A stretch of 10,698 bases of DNA from Candidatus Omnitrophota bacterium. Lineage in GTDB: Bacteria > Omnitrophota > Gorgyraeia > JABMRG01 > JAFGKX01. Location of the stretch: the NCBI GenBank assembly GCA_020354945.1, contig CP070655.1, positions 292,767-303,464 of the forward strand. The letters are read 5' to 3'. The position numbers were made by a program, and so were the translations under genes. The notes under the pieces are model-generated. The model was not told the origin of the DNA. It made no database searches and worked only from the letters and a program-made list of their open reading frames with translations. Shown piece by piece: positions 1-6,596 of this stretch (the first letter of the stretch is position 1; each line of letters begins with the position of its first letter).

Positions 1-1045
1 ATTCAAACTTGTCGACAGCCTTCATCAAACCTATGTTGCCTTCCTGGATAAGGTCTAAAAAGGAAAGCCCTCTATTAGTATATTTTTTTGCGATAGATAC
101 AACCAATCTTAAATTTGCCTCGACCAGCTCCCTTTTCGTATTTCTAAATAGATTCTCTTTGCGCATAATTATATTAAGTTGATTTTTTATCCCCTTATGG
201 TCTCCCCCGAATTCTGACTTAATCTTATTTGCTTGAGAGCGCAAGGTTCTTATTTTTGTTTTCTGCCTGCGTCTCCGGTATAATTCTATTTCTCTGTTTA
301 TCCTGGCTATCTGTTCTGAATGCATCCTCAGCCTTGCAGAAATCTCTTCAATAAAGCCGGTGGTAAGATTAAGCTTAAACAAAATAACTTCTATAGTAGG
401 AATCTTTTTGGACCTCTTTAATCTCGTAACCAGCTGCTTAATTTTATTCTTCACCCGGGCTGGAGAAACTCCGTTAGTTATGTATTCTTCGTAATTAATG
501 TCTCCGCGCAAAATTTTATCCATCATATCTAAAACACATGTTTTGGTTGCCGGGCATTTAAAAATACTCTCTCTAAAATCTGTCTCTGCTGATTCAATTC
601 TTTTGGCCAGAGCTATTTCATCTTCTCTGCTTAGTAAAGATATCTGGCCCATTTGCCTGAGGTACATTCTAACCGGATCATCGACTTTGGCAGGGAGGGC
701 GGGTTTTCCAGCAACTTCAACAATCTTAGCCTGTTTCAGCTGTATCTCTTTAGCAGCCTCTTCAGTATCTACTAATTCTATCTGCTCTTCAGCTAAGATA
801 TTGAGGATCTGTTCTATCTCCTCAGAAGAGGTTATATCTTCGGGAAGAGCCTTATTTACCTGCTCATAAGTAAGGGCGCCTTTTTCTTTCCCGAGTGATA
901 ATAGCCCATCTATCTGCGCTGATACTTTGGTGGTTTTCTTCTTTCTTGTTTTCTTCTTTCTTGTTTCCTTCTTTCTTGTTTTCTTCTTTCTTGTTTCCTT
1001 CTTTCTTGTTTCCTTCTTTCTTGTTTTCTTCTTTCTCTTTACCAT
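1..1045 (-). CDS. rpoD: RNA polymerase primary sigma factor RpoD/SigA (3' end runs off the window)
   Basis: Translated by hand from ATG 1045-1043, which overlaps the dnaG stop (TAATG). It has region 1.1 ([37 protein letters not shown]), region 1.2 ([30 protein letters not shown]) and region 2 ([43 protein letters not shown]) in the same frame at the window edge. Classic dnaG-rpoD order. Confidence 0.97.
   Translation of the reverse strand, partial: MVKRKKKTRKKETRKKETRKKKTRKKETRKKKTRKKKTTKVSAQIDGLLSLGKEKGALTYEQVNKALPEDITSSEEIEQILNILAEEQIELVDTEEAAKEIQLKQAKIVEVAGKPALPAKVDDPVRMYLRQMGQISLLSREDEIALAKRIESAETDFRESIFKCPATKTCVLDMMDKILRGDINYEEYITNGVSPARVKNKIKQLVTRLKRSKKIPTIEVILFKLNLTTGFIEEISARLRMHSEQIARINREIELYRRRRQKTKIRTLRSQANKIKSEFGGDHKGIKNQLNIIMRKENLFRNTKRELVEANLRLVVSIAKKYTNRGLSFLDLIQEGNIGLMKAVDKFE
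932..1036 (-). repeat. 15-bp tandem repeat x7 encoding (RKK[K/E]T)7 at the RpoD N-terminus
   Basis: Plus-strand units gttt(t/c)cttctttctt start at 933, 948, 963, 978, 993, 1008 and 1023. Only one position varies among them (K or E codon). Confidence 0.95.
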
Positions 1046-2796
1046 TAAATCTTCACGCTCCTTAAATCATTAAATTCTTTAATAAGAGTCATGACCTCTT
1101 TATCGTCTCCTGATTTCTCAGCCTTTCTAATCTGTGATGCGAGTTCTTCTTTCTTAAGCCTGAGATTATCAATTTTTAACCATCTAATGCAATCCTCTAT
1201 AGTCTTTTCTCTATCAATTATATTTTCTACTTCTGCCAGTAAGTGGCAGATAAATTGACTCATATCTTCATTTCCAATATAATGTATGAGTCTGGCAGCG
1301 GTAGGTTGTTTATTATCATCTAAAAGGGCGAAAGAATGTTCGATTATTTTTCTGATACGCTGGTCATTAAAGGCTTCAATGTCAAATTCGTCTTTTATCC
1401 TTCTGGCAATCTCCGCATCTTCCAGCACAAGAGCAGCTATAACGCTTTCTGCGGCCCTGGCTTCTTGCGGCACTTTAAAGGTAGTAGTAACCGGCGTTTT
1501 TATATAATCTAATCTTACTTTCTTAAGTTCTATTAATATGGCCTTCTCATCCACAGAGAGACTTTGCGATAACCTTTTTATATAATCAGACTTTAACACT
1601 GCGTTATCCATCCTTTTTATGGTAGGCAGCATCTCTGATATAATTTCTGCCTTTGCTTCTGCGGTATCTTTACCATACCTTGACAAGGAAATATCCATTT
1701 TATAATCGAATAACCCTCTGGCGGAGGCGACAATAGAGCTAAATTCATCTGCTGATTTCTCTCTGACATACTTGTCCGGGTCAAAGTCTTTTGGCAGGGT
1801 TGCAACTTTAACATTAAGCCCTTCCCCTATTAAAATATCCAGGCTCCTGAGTGATGCAGCCTCCCCTGCCTCATCGGCATCAAAAATTATTACTGTGTTG
1901 GTGGTATATCTTTTAATTAGATTTATCTGGCCTACAGTCAACGCTGTCCCTAAGGTAGCAACGATGTTGGTTATTCCCGCCTGAAAAGGAATAATTAAAT
2001 CAAGGTATCCTTCCACTATAATAACTTCATTCTTTTGACGTATTTCATTGGCAGAGATGCTTAAACCGTAAAGGTGTCTGCCTTTTATATAAATATCTGT
2101 CTCCGGCGAGTTAATATATTTAGGCAGCGTTTCATCAAGCACCCGTGCGCCAAAACCGACTGCTTTTGAATTTATATTGAATATCGGAAATATTATTCTA
2201 TTTCTAAACCTATCATAAAATGAATCTTCTTTACCGGGTATAGCCAGCCCGGCCTTTGAAACAGCATCCTGGCTTATTCCTCTTTTCTGGGCGTACTTCA
2301 AAAAGCCATCCCATAAATCAGGGGCAAAGCCCAGTTTAAACTTAGCTGCAGTTTGAGCGTTTATGCCACGCCGGCGTAAATATTCTCTGGCCCTGGCGGC
2401 CTTATTAGAACCTATCAAAATAGCGTTATAGTAGGAAGCAGCCATTTCATTTATGCGATAAATAAAATTTGCCGCTGCAGTGCGCCTTATGTAATCTCCC
2501 CTTTTAAAGGCAGGCAGCTTTATCCCTGCTTTGTGAGCTAATATGCTGAGGGCCTCCATGAATTCTACCTTTTCATATTCCATTACAAAACTTATTACAT
2601 CGCCTCCTGCGCCGCAGCCAAAACAATGATAAATCTGTTTGCTTGGGTTGACCATAAAAGAAGGCGTCTTTTCCTGATGAAACGGGCACAAAGCCCTAAA
2701 ATTTGCCCCTGCCTTTTTTAGAGGTATATAACCGGATACAACCTCGACAATGTCTATGTGAGATTGTATCTGTTCTATGGTATCCTTCAAATCCAT
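1045..2796 (-). CDS. dnaG: DNA primase
   Basis: CHC2 zinc finger ([11 protein letters not shown]...YHCFGC), catalytic core ([20 protein letters not shown]), TOPRIM motifs (VEGYLD, FDADEAG, DPD) and a helical C-terminal domain. 583 aa. Confidence 0.98.
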   Translation of the reverse strand: MDLKDTIEQIQSHIDIVEVVSGYIPLKKAGANFRALCPFHQEKTPSFMVNPSKQIYHCFGCGAGGDVISFVMEYEKVEFMEALSILAHKAGIKLPAFKRGDYIRRTAAANFIYRINEMAASYYNAILIGSNKAARAREYLRRRGINAQTAAKFKLGFAPDLWDGFLKYAQKRGISQDAVSKAGLAIPGKEDSFYDRFRNRIIFPIFNINSKAVGFGARVLDETLPKYINSPETDIYIKGRHLYGLSISANEIRQKNEVIIVEGYLDLIIPFQAGITNIVATLGTALTVGQINLIKRYTTNTVIIFDADEAGEAASLRSLDILIGEGLNVKVATLPKDFDPDKYVREKSADEFSSIVASARGLFDYKMDISLSRYGKDTAEAKAEIISEMLPTIKRMDNAVLKSDYIKRLSQSLSVDEKAILIELKKVRLDYIKTPVTTTFKVPQEARAAESVIAALVLEDAEIARRIKDEFDIEAFNDQRIRKIIEHSFALLDDNKQPTAARLIHYIGNEDMSQFICHLLAEVENIIDREKTIEDCIRWLKIDNLRLKKEELASQIRKAEKSGDDKEVMTLIKEFNDLRSVKI

Positions 2797-2820
2797 TTGT
2801 TTTCAGAAACGGTGCATTCT

Positions 2821-3774
2821 TTACCTTCGGATGCGAGTGAAACCAGAGCAAGAAATTATATTTAACTTTTTCTGTTTTTCTATCTCGTCAAATAGTAAAT
2901 TTATGCCCAATGTATCGCTTGAGATATGGCCGGCTATTATTATATTTATTTTCTGCTTTCTGGCTTTCTTAAAATGTTCCTCGCTAATATGCATACCTAA
3001 AAGTGTTGTCACTTTCTTTTTTGCTAGCTCCTTGTAGATATCCTTCGGCCCTTCTGTGCCGCCGGTCATCTCCACTAAAATCTTACCGCATTTATTCGAA
3101 GGCTTACCCAATATAACTTTTGGGCCTTGATTGTTCCTCATAGCTATTTTATATTCAGGGAGCTGATATAACAAATCCAGAATATCCGAGACCTTAGAAG
3201 GTTTTTCCTTCTTTATTAATTGGCAGAAATACTGATAAACAAAATTGTCCGCTACTGTATGCCCGCATATAAACGGGATATTAAGCAATCGGGCTGCGTC
3301 AATGGGACGGGGACAATTCTTAGCAATAGTTTTTCTTAAAACTTCATTTATCCTTTCATCTAACATCTTCTTAATCTTCACTCCGCTAACACCAACTGTC
3401 CCCAGTATGTCATATAAAACATTCATAACCCTGTAAAACTCTGCTCTAGCATGGCCCTGGGGGTGGTGAGAAAATACAAGGTCAATTTTTTCATCCTTCC
3501 CCTTTAGCCTGTCTGCCAGCAGCAACTCCGGGGTCTCAGCATCTATACCTGCCATTATTGTCTTTATTTCTGTCTCTGGTGAACCAAACAGGATCCTTGT
3601 GTCACTGTACGGATTAGATAATTTTTCCTTGTCAAACGCTTCTTTCTCGGCAAGAGGTAGCTTCGCATATTTATCTTTAACCGATTTTAGATATTTTAAA
3701 ACTCCCTTTTTGCCACGGGGGTCTTGTTTAATGCCTTGTTCAACTATAAGCTTGTAAAATTTTCCTAAATTCAT
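2821..3774 (-). CDS. NIF3-like (NGG1p-interacting factor 3 / GTP cyclohydrolase I type 2-like) dinuclear metal protein
   Basis: Motifs DPRG, NPYSDTRIL, HHP, HTVADN, GGTEG, GMHISEEH and AGHISSDTLG. The start is placed at ATG 3774 (MNLGKFY), which has AAAGGTG upstream. The track's 3792 start lies inside a repeat element. Confidence 0.85.
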   Translation of the reverse strand: MNLGKFYKLIVEQGIKQDPRGKKGVLKYLKSVKDKYAKLPLAEKEAFDKEKLSNPYSDTRILFGSPETEIKTIMAGIDAETPELLLADRLKGKDEKIDLVFSHHPQGHARAEFYRVMNVLYDILGTVGVSGVKIKKMLDERINEVLRKTIAKNCPRPIDAARLLNIPFICGHTVADNFVYQYFCQLIKKEKPSKVSDILDLLYQLPEYKIAMRNNQGPKVILGKPSNKCGKILVEMTGGTEGPKDIYKELAKKKVTTLLGMHISEEHFKKARKQKINIIIAGHISSDTLGINLLFDEIEKQKKLNIISCSGFTRIRR

Positions 3775-3825
3775 CCCGCACCTTTCTCTCATTTATCCCG
3801 CACCTCAAAGGGGGAGCGGGATTCA
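3769..3825. repeat. Small hairpin/REP-like element with a duplicated arm over the NIF3 start
   Basis: atcccgcacct occurs at 3773-3783 and 3795-3805, the inverted arm gcgggat at 3816-3822, and flanking attca direct repeats at 3769-3773 and 3821-3825. Confidence 0.7.
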
Positions 3826-4037
3826 ATTTTTCTCCTTTAAATTAATGGAATCTTATTTTAAAAACTTATCGATTATTATCGCGAATGGGGCCTGGCTTGC
3901 TTTATTGGGGGAGATATTGTTATGTTTTTTGGTTGTTGTGATGGAATAAAGCCTATTATAGATGTATATGTTTTCTTCGTTGTCTTAATAAGATAAGGAG
4001 CCAGAAATGACTTTTCATAAATACTTGAATATAGATA

Positions 4038-4439
4038 TTAAACAGGGAAAAATAACAATGCAATTAAAAGAAGGCCCCAGATTAAAAATCCTCTACACAG
4101 GCCGATTAACGCTCCCCCTATTCTTTCAAGCTGCAAAATAAATTGGATATTAAGAACTCTTAAAAGTAAAACAACTCCGTATTTAAAAATAGCCCTGAAA
4201 GATAAAACGATAACAACCAATATAATAAATTGAGAAAGCCAAATAGGTATGTTGATATAGCTAATTAACGCACTCGCTATCTCATTATAATAATGAAATC
4301 CTAGTATAATGCTTAATATAGTGCCTATTAATTTAAATAGCTCTGCAGTAAGACCGACTCTTGCCCCTGTATAAGCTGACCTTAATAGCAACAGGATGAT
4401 TAAGACATCCACCCAGTTAAAGTTCTCTAGCGCCTGCAT
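4038..4439 (-). CDS. cvpA: CvpA (colicin V production) family membrane protein, apparently truncated by an in-frame TAA (frame continues to 3876)
   Basis: N-terminal NWVDVLIILLLLRSAYTGARVGLTAELFKLIG, four hydrophobic segments and LERIGGALIGLCRGFLI (the DR.LG..FG..RG motif). After TAA 4040-4038 the same frame stays open for 53 codons. Confidence 0.85.
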   Translation of the reverse strand: MQALENFNWVDVLIILLLLRSAYTGARVGLTAELFKLIGTILSIILGFHYYNEIASALISYINIPIWLSQFIILVVIVLSFRAIFKYGVVLLLRVLNIQFILQLERIGGALIGLCRGFLIWGLLLIALLFFPV

Positions 4440-4500
4440 ATATTTTCACGCATACAGGGCGTCCCATTCTGTGACATCCCTTATATACAAAAAGCATTAG

Positions 4501-4529
4501 TTTATACCATATAAAACGGAATTTGTCAA
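4501..4529 (-). promoter_or_regulatory. Putative sigma70 promoter for cvpA-NIF3-dnaG-rpoD
   Basis: TTGACA (4529-4524), 17 bp, TATAAA (4506-4501), with a TGn extended -10 motif. Confidence 0.7.
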
Positions 4530-4567
4530 GGTTAGCAGGCCCTTTTTTAATCCCAAAAAATATCCGC

Positions 4568-4600
4568 AAAAAATAACCCCGTCCAATAATGGGCAGGGTT
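4568..4600 (-). terminator. Intrinsic terminator forming the riboswitch expression platform
   Basis: AACCCUGCCCA-UUAU-UGGACGGGGUU stem (one mismatch, one G-U pair) followed by AUUUUUU, directly 3' of the aptamer P1. Confidence 0.8.
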
Positions 4601-4716
4601 GCATCTGCTTCGGCAGCCCTCCGCCGCCTTTACCCTTTTTGTATAAGATTAGAGCGTAGGCCGTAGGCTTTGCGCCCCATACTTTCATATGGTTTGCCTT
4701 TATCGAATACAAATGC
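4601..4716 (-). ncRNA. Cyclic di-GMP-I (GEMM-I) riboswitch aptamer
   Basis: The minus strand reads GCAUUUGUAUUCGAUAAAGGCAAACCAUAU-GAAA-GUAUGGGGCGCAAAGCCUACGGCCUAC...AAAGGCGGCGGAGGGCUGCCGAAGCAGAUGC. It has the GGCAAACC motif, P2 with a GAAA tetraloop, CGCAAAGCC, a CCUA...GG receptor in P3, a 3' UGCCG, and a long P1 (GCAUUUGU-A-UUCG / CGAA-GCAGAUGC). Confidence 0.92.
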
Positions 4717-4723
4717 CTATATT

Positions 4724-4752
4724 AATATACACTATATATAACAATAAATCAA
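4724..4752 (-). promoter_or_regulatory. Putative sigma70 promoter for the riboswitch transcript
   Basis: TTGATT (4752-4747), 17 bp, TATATT (4729-4724). The predicted +1 near 4717 coincides with the 5' end of P1. The region is AT-rich, so other alignments are possible. Confidence 0.55.
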
Positions 4753-4818
4753 TGGCAACACAGTTTTTTCACCAAGCCCTTCTTTAAATATTTAAAATTA
4801 CTTTAGGAACGGCTGGGT

Positions 4819-5424
4819 TTATTCATAGCTTATTTTTATGTTAAATGATTCGCCCTGTTTTTCTATCGTAGATGGAAACGGTGGAAATGGCGCTGCTCTT
4901 TCAACGCTATCTAATGCGATTTGCACCAACGCTGGGTCAGTGTCCGGCAAAACAGAAATTGCACGTTTTTTAGCCAATTTTCCATCTGAGGTAACCGCAA
5001 AAGAAACTAATACTTCGCCCGCTATTGGTCTTTCTGGCTTGTTAGCAATTATTCTTTCATTTATCCTCTGCCAGATTAACCTATAATAATCAGACGGCCT
5101 CATATGTTCGTTCCAGACAATAGTCTCTTTCTCTGCTTCTGATTTTTCTTTTATTTCCTTTAGCCTTTCGCTGATTAACCTTTGGGTTTGCTGTATTTGT
5201 TTTGTTTTTTCTCTTTTCCGTTTTATTTCTTTGGTAAACTTCCCATTTTCTCCGTATGCAATGCGAGGAGTCAAGAAAATATCTGCCAGAGCTGCAGCTA
5301 TCCTGGCCTGTTTAGAACACCCGACAAGCCTTGGGAGGACCATTGCAGAAAGAATGCTTATTATAATCACAACCAGCATCAGTTCTATCAAGGTAAAAGC
5401 TTTTTTATTACCTAACGATAACAT
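4819..5424 (-). CDS. Prepilin-type N-terminal cleavage/methylation (GspG-like) domain fused to a TonB/TolA C-terminal domain
   Basis: Residues 7-49 (KKAFTLIELMLVVIIISILSAMVLPRLVGCSKQARIAAALADI) form a class III signal and GspG-like helix. A charged helical linker follows, then YYRLIWQRI...GEVLVSFAVTSDGKL...ALDSVERAAPFPPFP...FNIKISYE, typical of TonB_C/TonB_2. Confidence 0.75.
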   Translation of the reverse strand: MLSLGNKKAFTLIELMLVVIIISILSAMVLPRLVGCSKQARIAAALADIFLTPRIAYGENGKFTKEIKRKREKTKQIQQTQRLISERLKEIKEKSEAEKETIVWNEHMRPSDYYRLIWQRINERIIANKPERPIAGEVLVSFAVTSDGKLAKKRAISVLPDTDPALVQIALDSVERAAPFPPFPSTIEKQGESFNIKISYE

Positions 5425-5500
5425 ATTTTACTTCCAATTTTTGCAAAGCAAAAATTTCTCCCGAACAGTATAACGAATAGGAACGCTGGAGGGGTATTTT

Positions 5501-6511
5501 TTATCGTTTCGGCGGCGCGCAGGATTTTCTCTTTATTAATTTAGTATCCAGCAAAATCTTAACAGGCTGTCGCCTTTTCCCGTCAAGCATCTGATTTAAC
5601 AACTCAACCGCTTCCCTTCCCATCTCAACTATAGGCTGCCAAACCGTGGTTAAAGGGACTTTTGCATAAGCGGCTATCGGATTATCATCAAAACCGATAA
5701 TTGATAAATCTTCAGGGATGTGCAATCCCTTTTCTTTTGCTACATTCATTGTCTCCATAGCCATAACATCGCTGGCGCAAAATATAGCTGTTGGAGGCTC
5801 AGAAAGATTAAGCAGCCTCTCCGCTTCTCTTCTGGCCGGCCCTCTTAAAAAATGGCCTACTTTAATATATTTAATCTCGCTCAATAAATTGTGCCTTTTC
5901 ATACATCTTTTAAATCCGTCCAGGCGGGCTTTGCCGGCAGCGGTGGAAAGATCACCTGCTATGGTAGCTATCTTAGTATGGCCTAATCCAATCAAATATT
6001 CAATCACATCTTCAGCTGCTTTCCGGTTGTTTACGGCAATACAATTTACTGGTTGTCTTTCAAAATAATTGTTCATAACAATATAAGGGATCTTTCTGGC
6101 AATGACTTTGTTTAGCTGCCTTATATCCCCGTTTATATCGGCAAATAATACCCCATCTATATAATCAGGAGAAAGGGTAGTGCTGGTAAGCCAGTCTTCG
6201 TGTTTTTGCCTATCGGTGATATGGAACATTATATCAAGTTTTAATCTGCTAGCAGCAATGCTAACACCTTTTATCACCTCTGTTGCATAGAATGAATGAA
6301 ATATATCTTCAAATCTGGGAACTACCAGTCCGAATATTCTTGAAATTTTCTGTCTGGTTGAAGCGACAATGGTGGCCTTTAATTTCATCTGGCCAATTGC
6401 TCTTTCTACCCTTTCCCTATCCGCTTTCTTTATGGTGGGCGAGCCCTTCATTACCCTTGAAACTACCATTGACGAAACACCTGCTTTTTTAGCAATCTGC
6501 GATATCCTCAA
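5501..6511 (-). CDS. LacI/GalR-family transcriptional regulator
   Basis: HTH (ISQIAKKAGVSSMVVSRV) and a periplasmic-binding-protein-like core (YLIGLGHTKIA, PTAIFCASDVMA, IPEDLSIIGFDD, PLTTVWQP). TTG start with GGAGGTGG at 6523-6516. Confidence 0.93.
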   Translation of the reverse strand: MRISQIAKKAGVSSMVVSRVMKGSPTIKKADRERVERAIGQMKLKATIVASTRQKISRIFGLVVPRFEDIFHSFYATEVIKGVSIAASRLKLDIMFHITDRQKHEDWLTSTTLSPDYIDGVLFADINGDIRQLNKVIARKIPYIVMNNYFERQPVNCIAVNNRKAAEDVIEYLIGLGHTKIATIAGDLSTAAGKARLDGFKRCMKRHNLLSEIKYIKVGHFLRGPARREAERLLNLSEPPTAIFCASDVMAMETMNVAKEKGLHIPEDLSIIGFDDNPIAAYAKVPLTTVWQPIVEMGREAVELLNQMLDGKRRQPVKILLDTKLIKRKSCAPPKR

Positions 6512-6531
6512 TTTACCACCTCCAAATTCTT

Positions 6532-6561
6532 ACAGACGTTTACGATTTTGTAAACGTCTGT
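6532..6561. promoter_or_regulatory. Perfect 12-bp inverted repeat, candidate autoregulatory operator of the LacI-family gene
   Basis: ACAGACGTTTAC-gatttt-GTAAACGTCTGT lies between the predicted +1 and the SD. Each arm resembles LacI-type AAAC/GTTT sites. Confidence 0.6.
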
Positions 6562-6567
6562 TATTTG

Positions 6568-6596
6568 AGTATAACATAAAGTATTTATCATTGCAA
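6568..6596 (-). promoter_or_regulatory. Putative sigma70 promoter of the LacI-family gene
   Basis: TTGCAA (6596-6591), 17 bp, TATACT (6573-6568), with an extended -10 TGn. The -35 overlaps the last codons of mtaB. Confidence 0.7.

Noticed and set aside
498-869. 123-aa plus-strand ORF
   Set aside because: Antisense shadow of rpoD regions 1.1-1.2.
932-1036. Possible CRISPR array
   Set aside because: Head-to-tail 15-bp units with no spacers, in frame within rpoD, and no cas genes.
1286-3436. Short ORFs at 1286-1507, 1617-1814, 1772-1984, 2777-3037 and 3245-3436
   Set aside because: Antisense or out-of-frame shadows of dnaG and NIF3 with no recognisable motifs.
4038-4040. Alternative genetic code or programmed recoding at the cvpA stop
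   Set aside because: TAA and TGA terminate the other genes at the expected positions, so a single lesion or sequencing error is simpler.
4455-4482. Small hairpin (AGGGATGTC...GACGCCCT on the minus strand) in the cvpA leader, weakly like the GGGAC/GTCCC repeat
   Set aside because: Short and imperfect with no U-tract, so it cannot be distinguished from chance.
4497-4712. 71-aa minus-strand ORF (MYSIKANH...)
   Set aside because: TTG start with no SD. It coincides with the riboswitch, terminator and cvpA promoter and shows no protein-family features.
4601-4716. 3',3'-cGAMP-selective (GEMM-Ib) variant
   Set aside because: The discriminating position equivalent to Vc2 nucleotide 20 is G (4698), not A, by manual alignment.
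6532-6561. Inverted repeat as the intrinsic terminator of mtaB
   Set aside because: No U-tract on the minus strand, and it lies downstream of a good promoter, so an operator or leader hairpin fits better.
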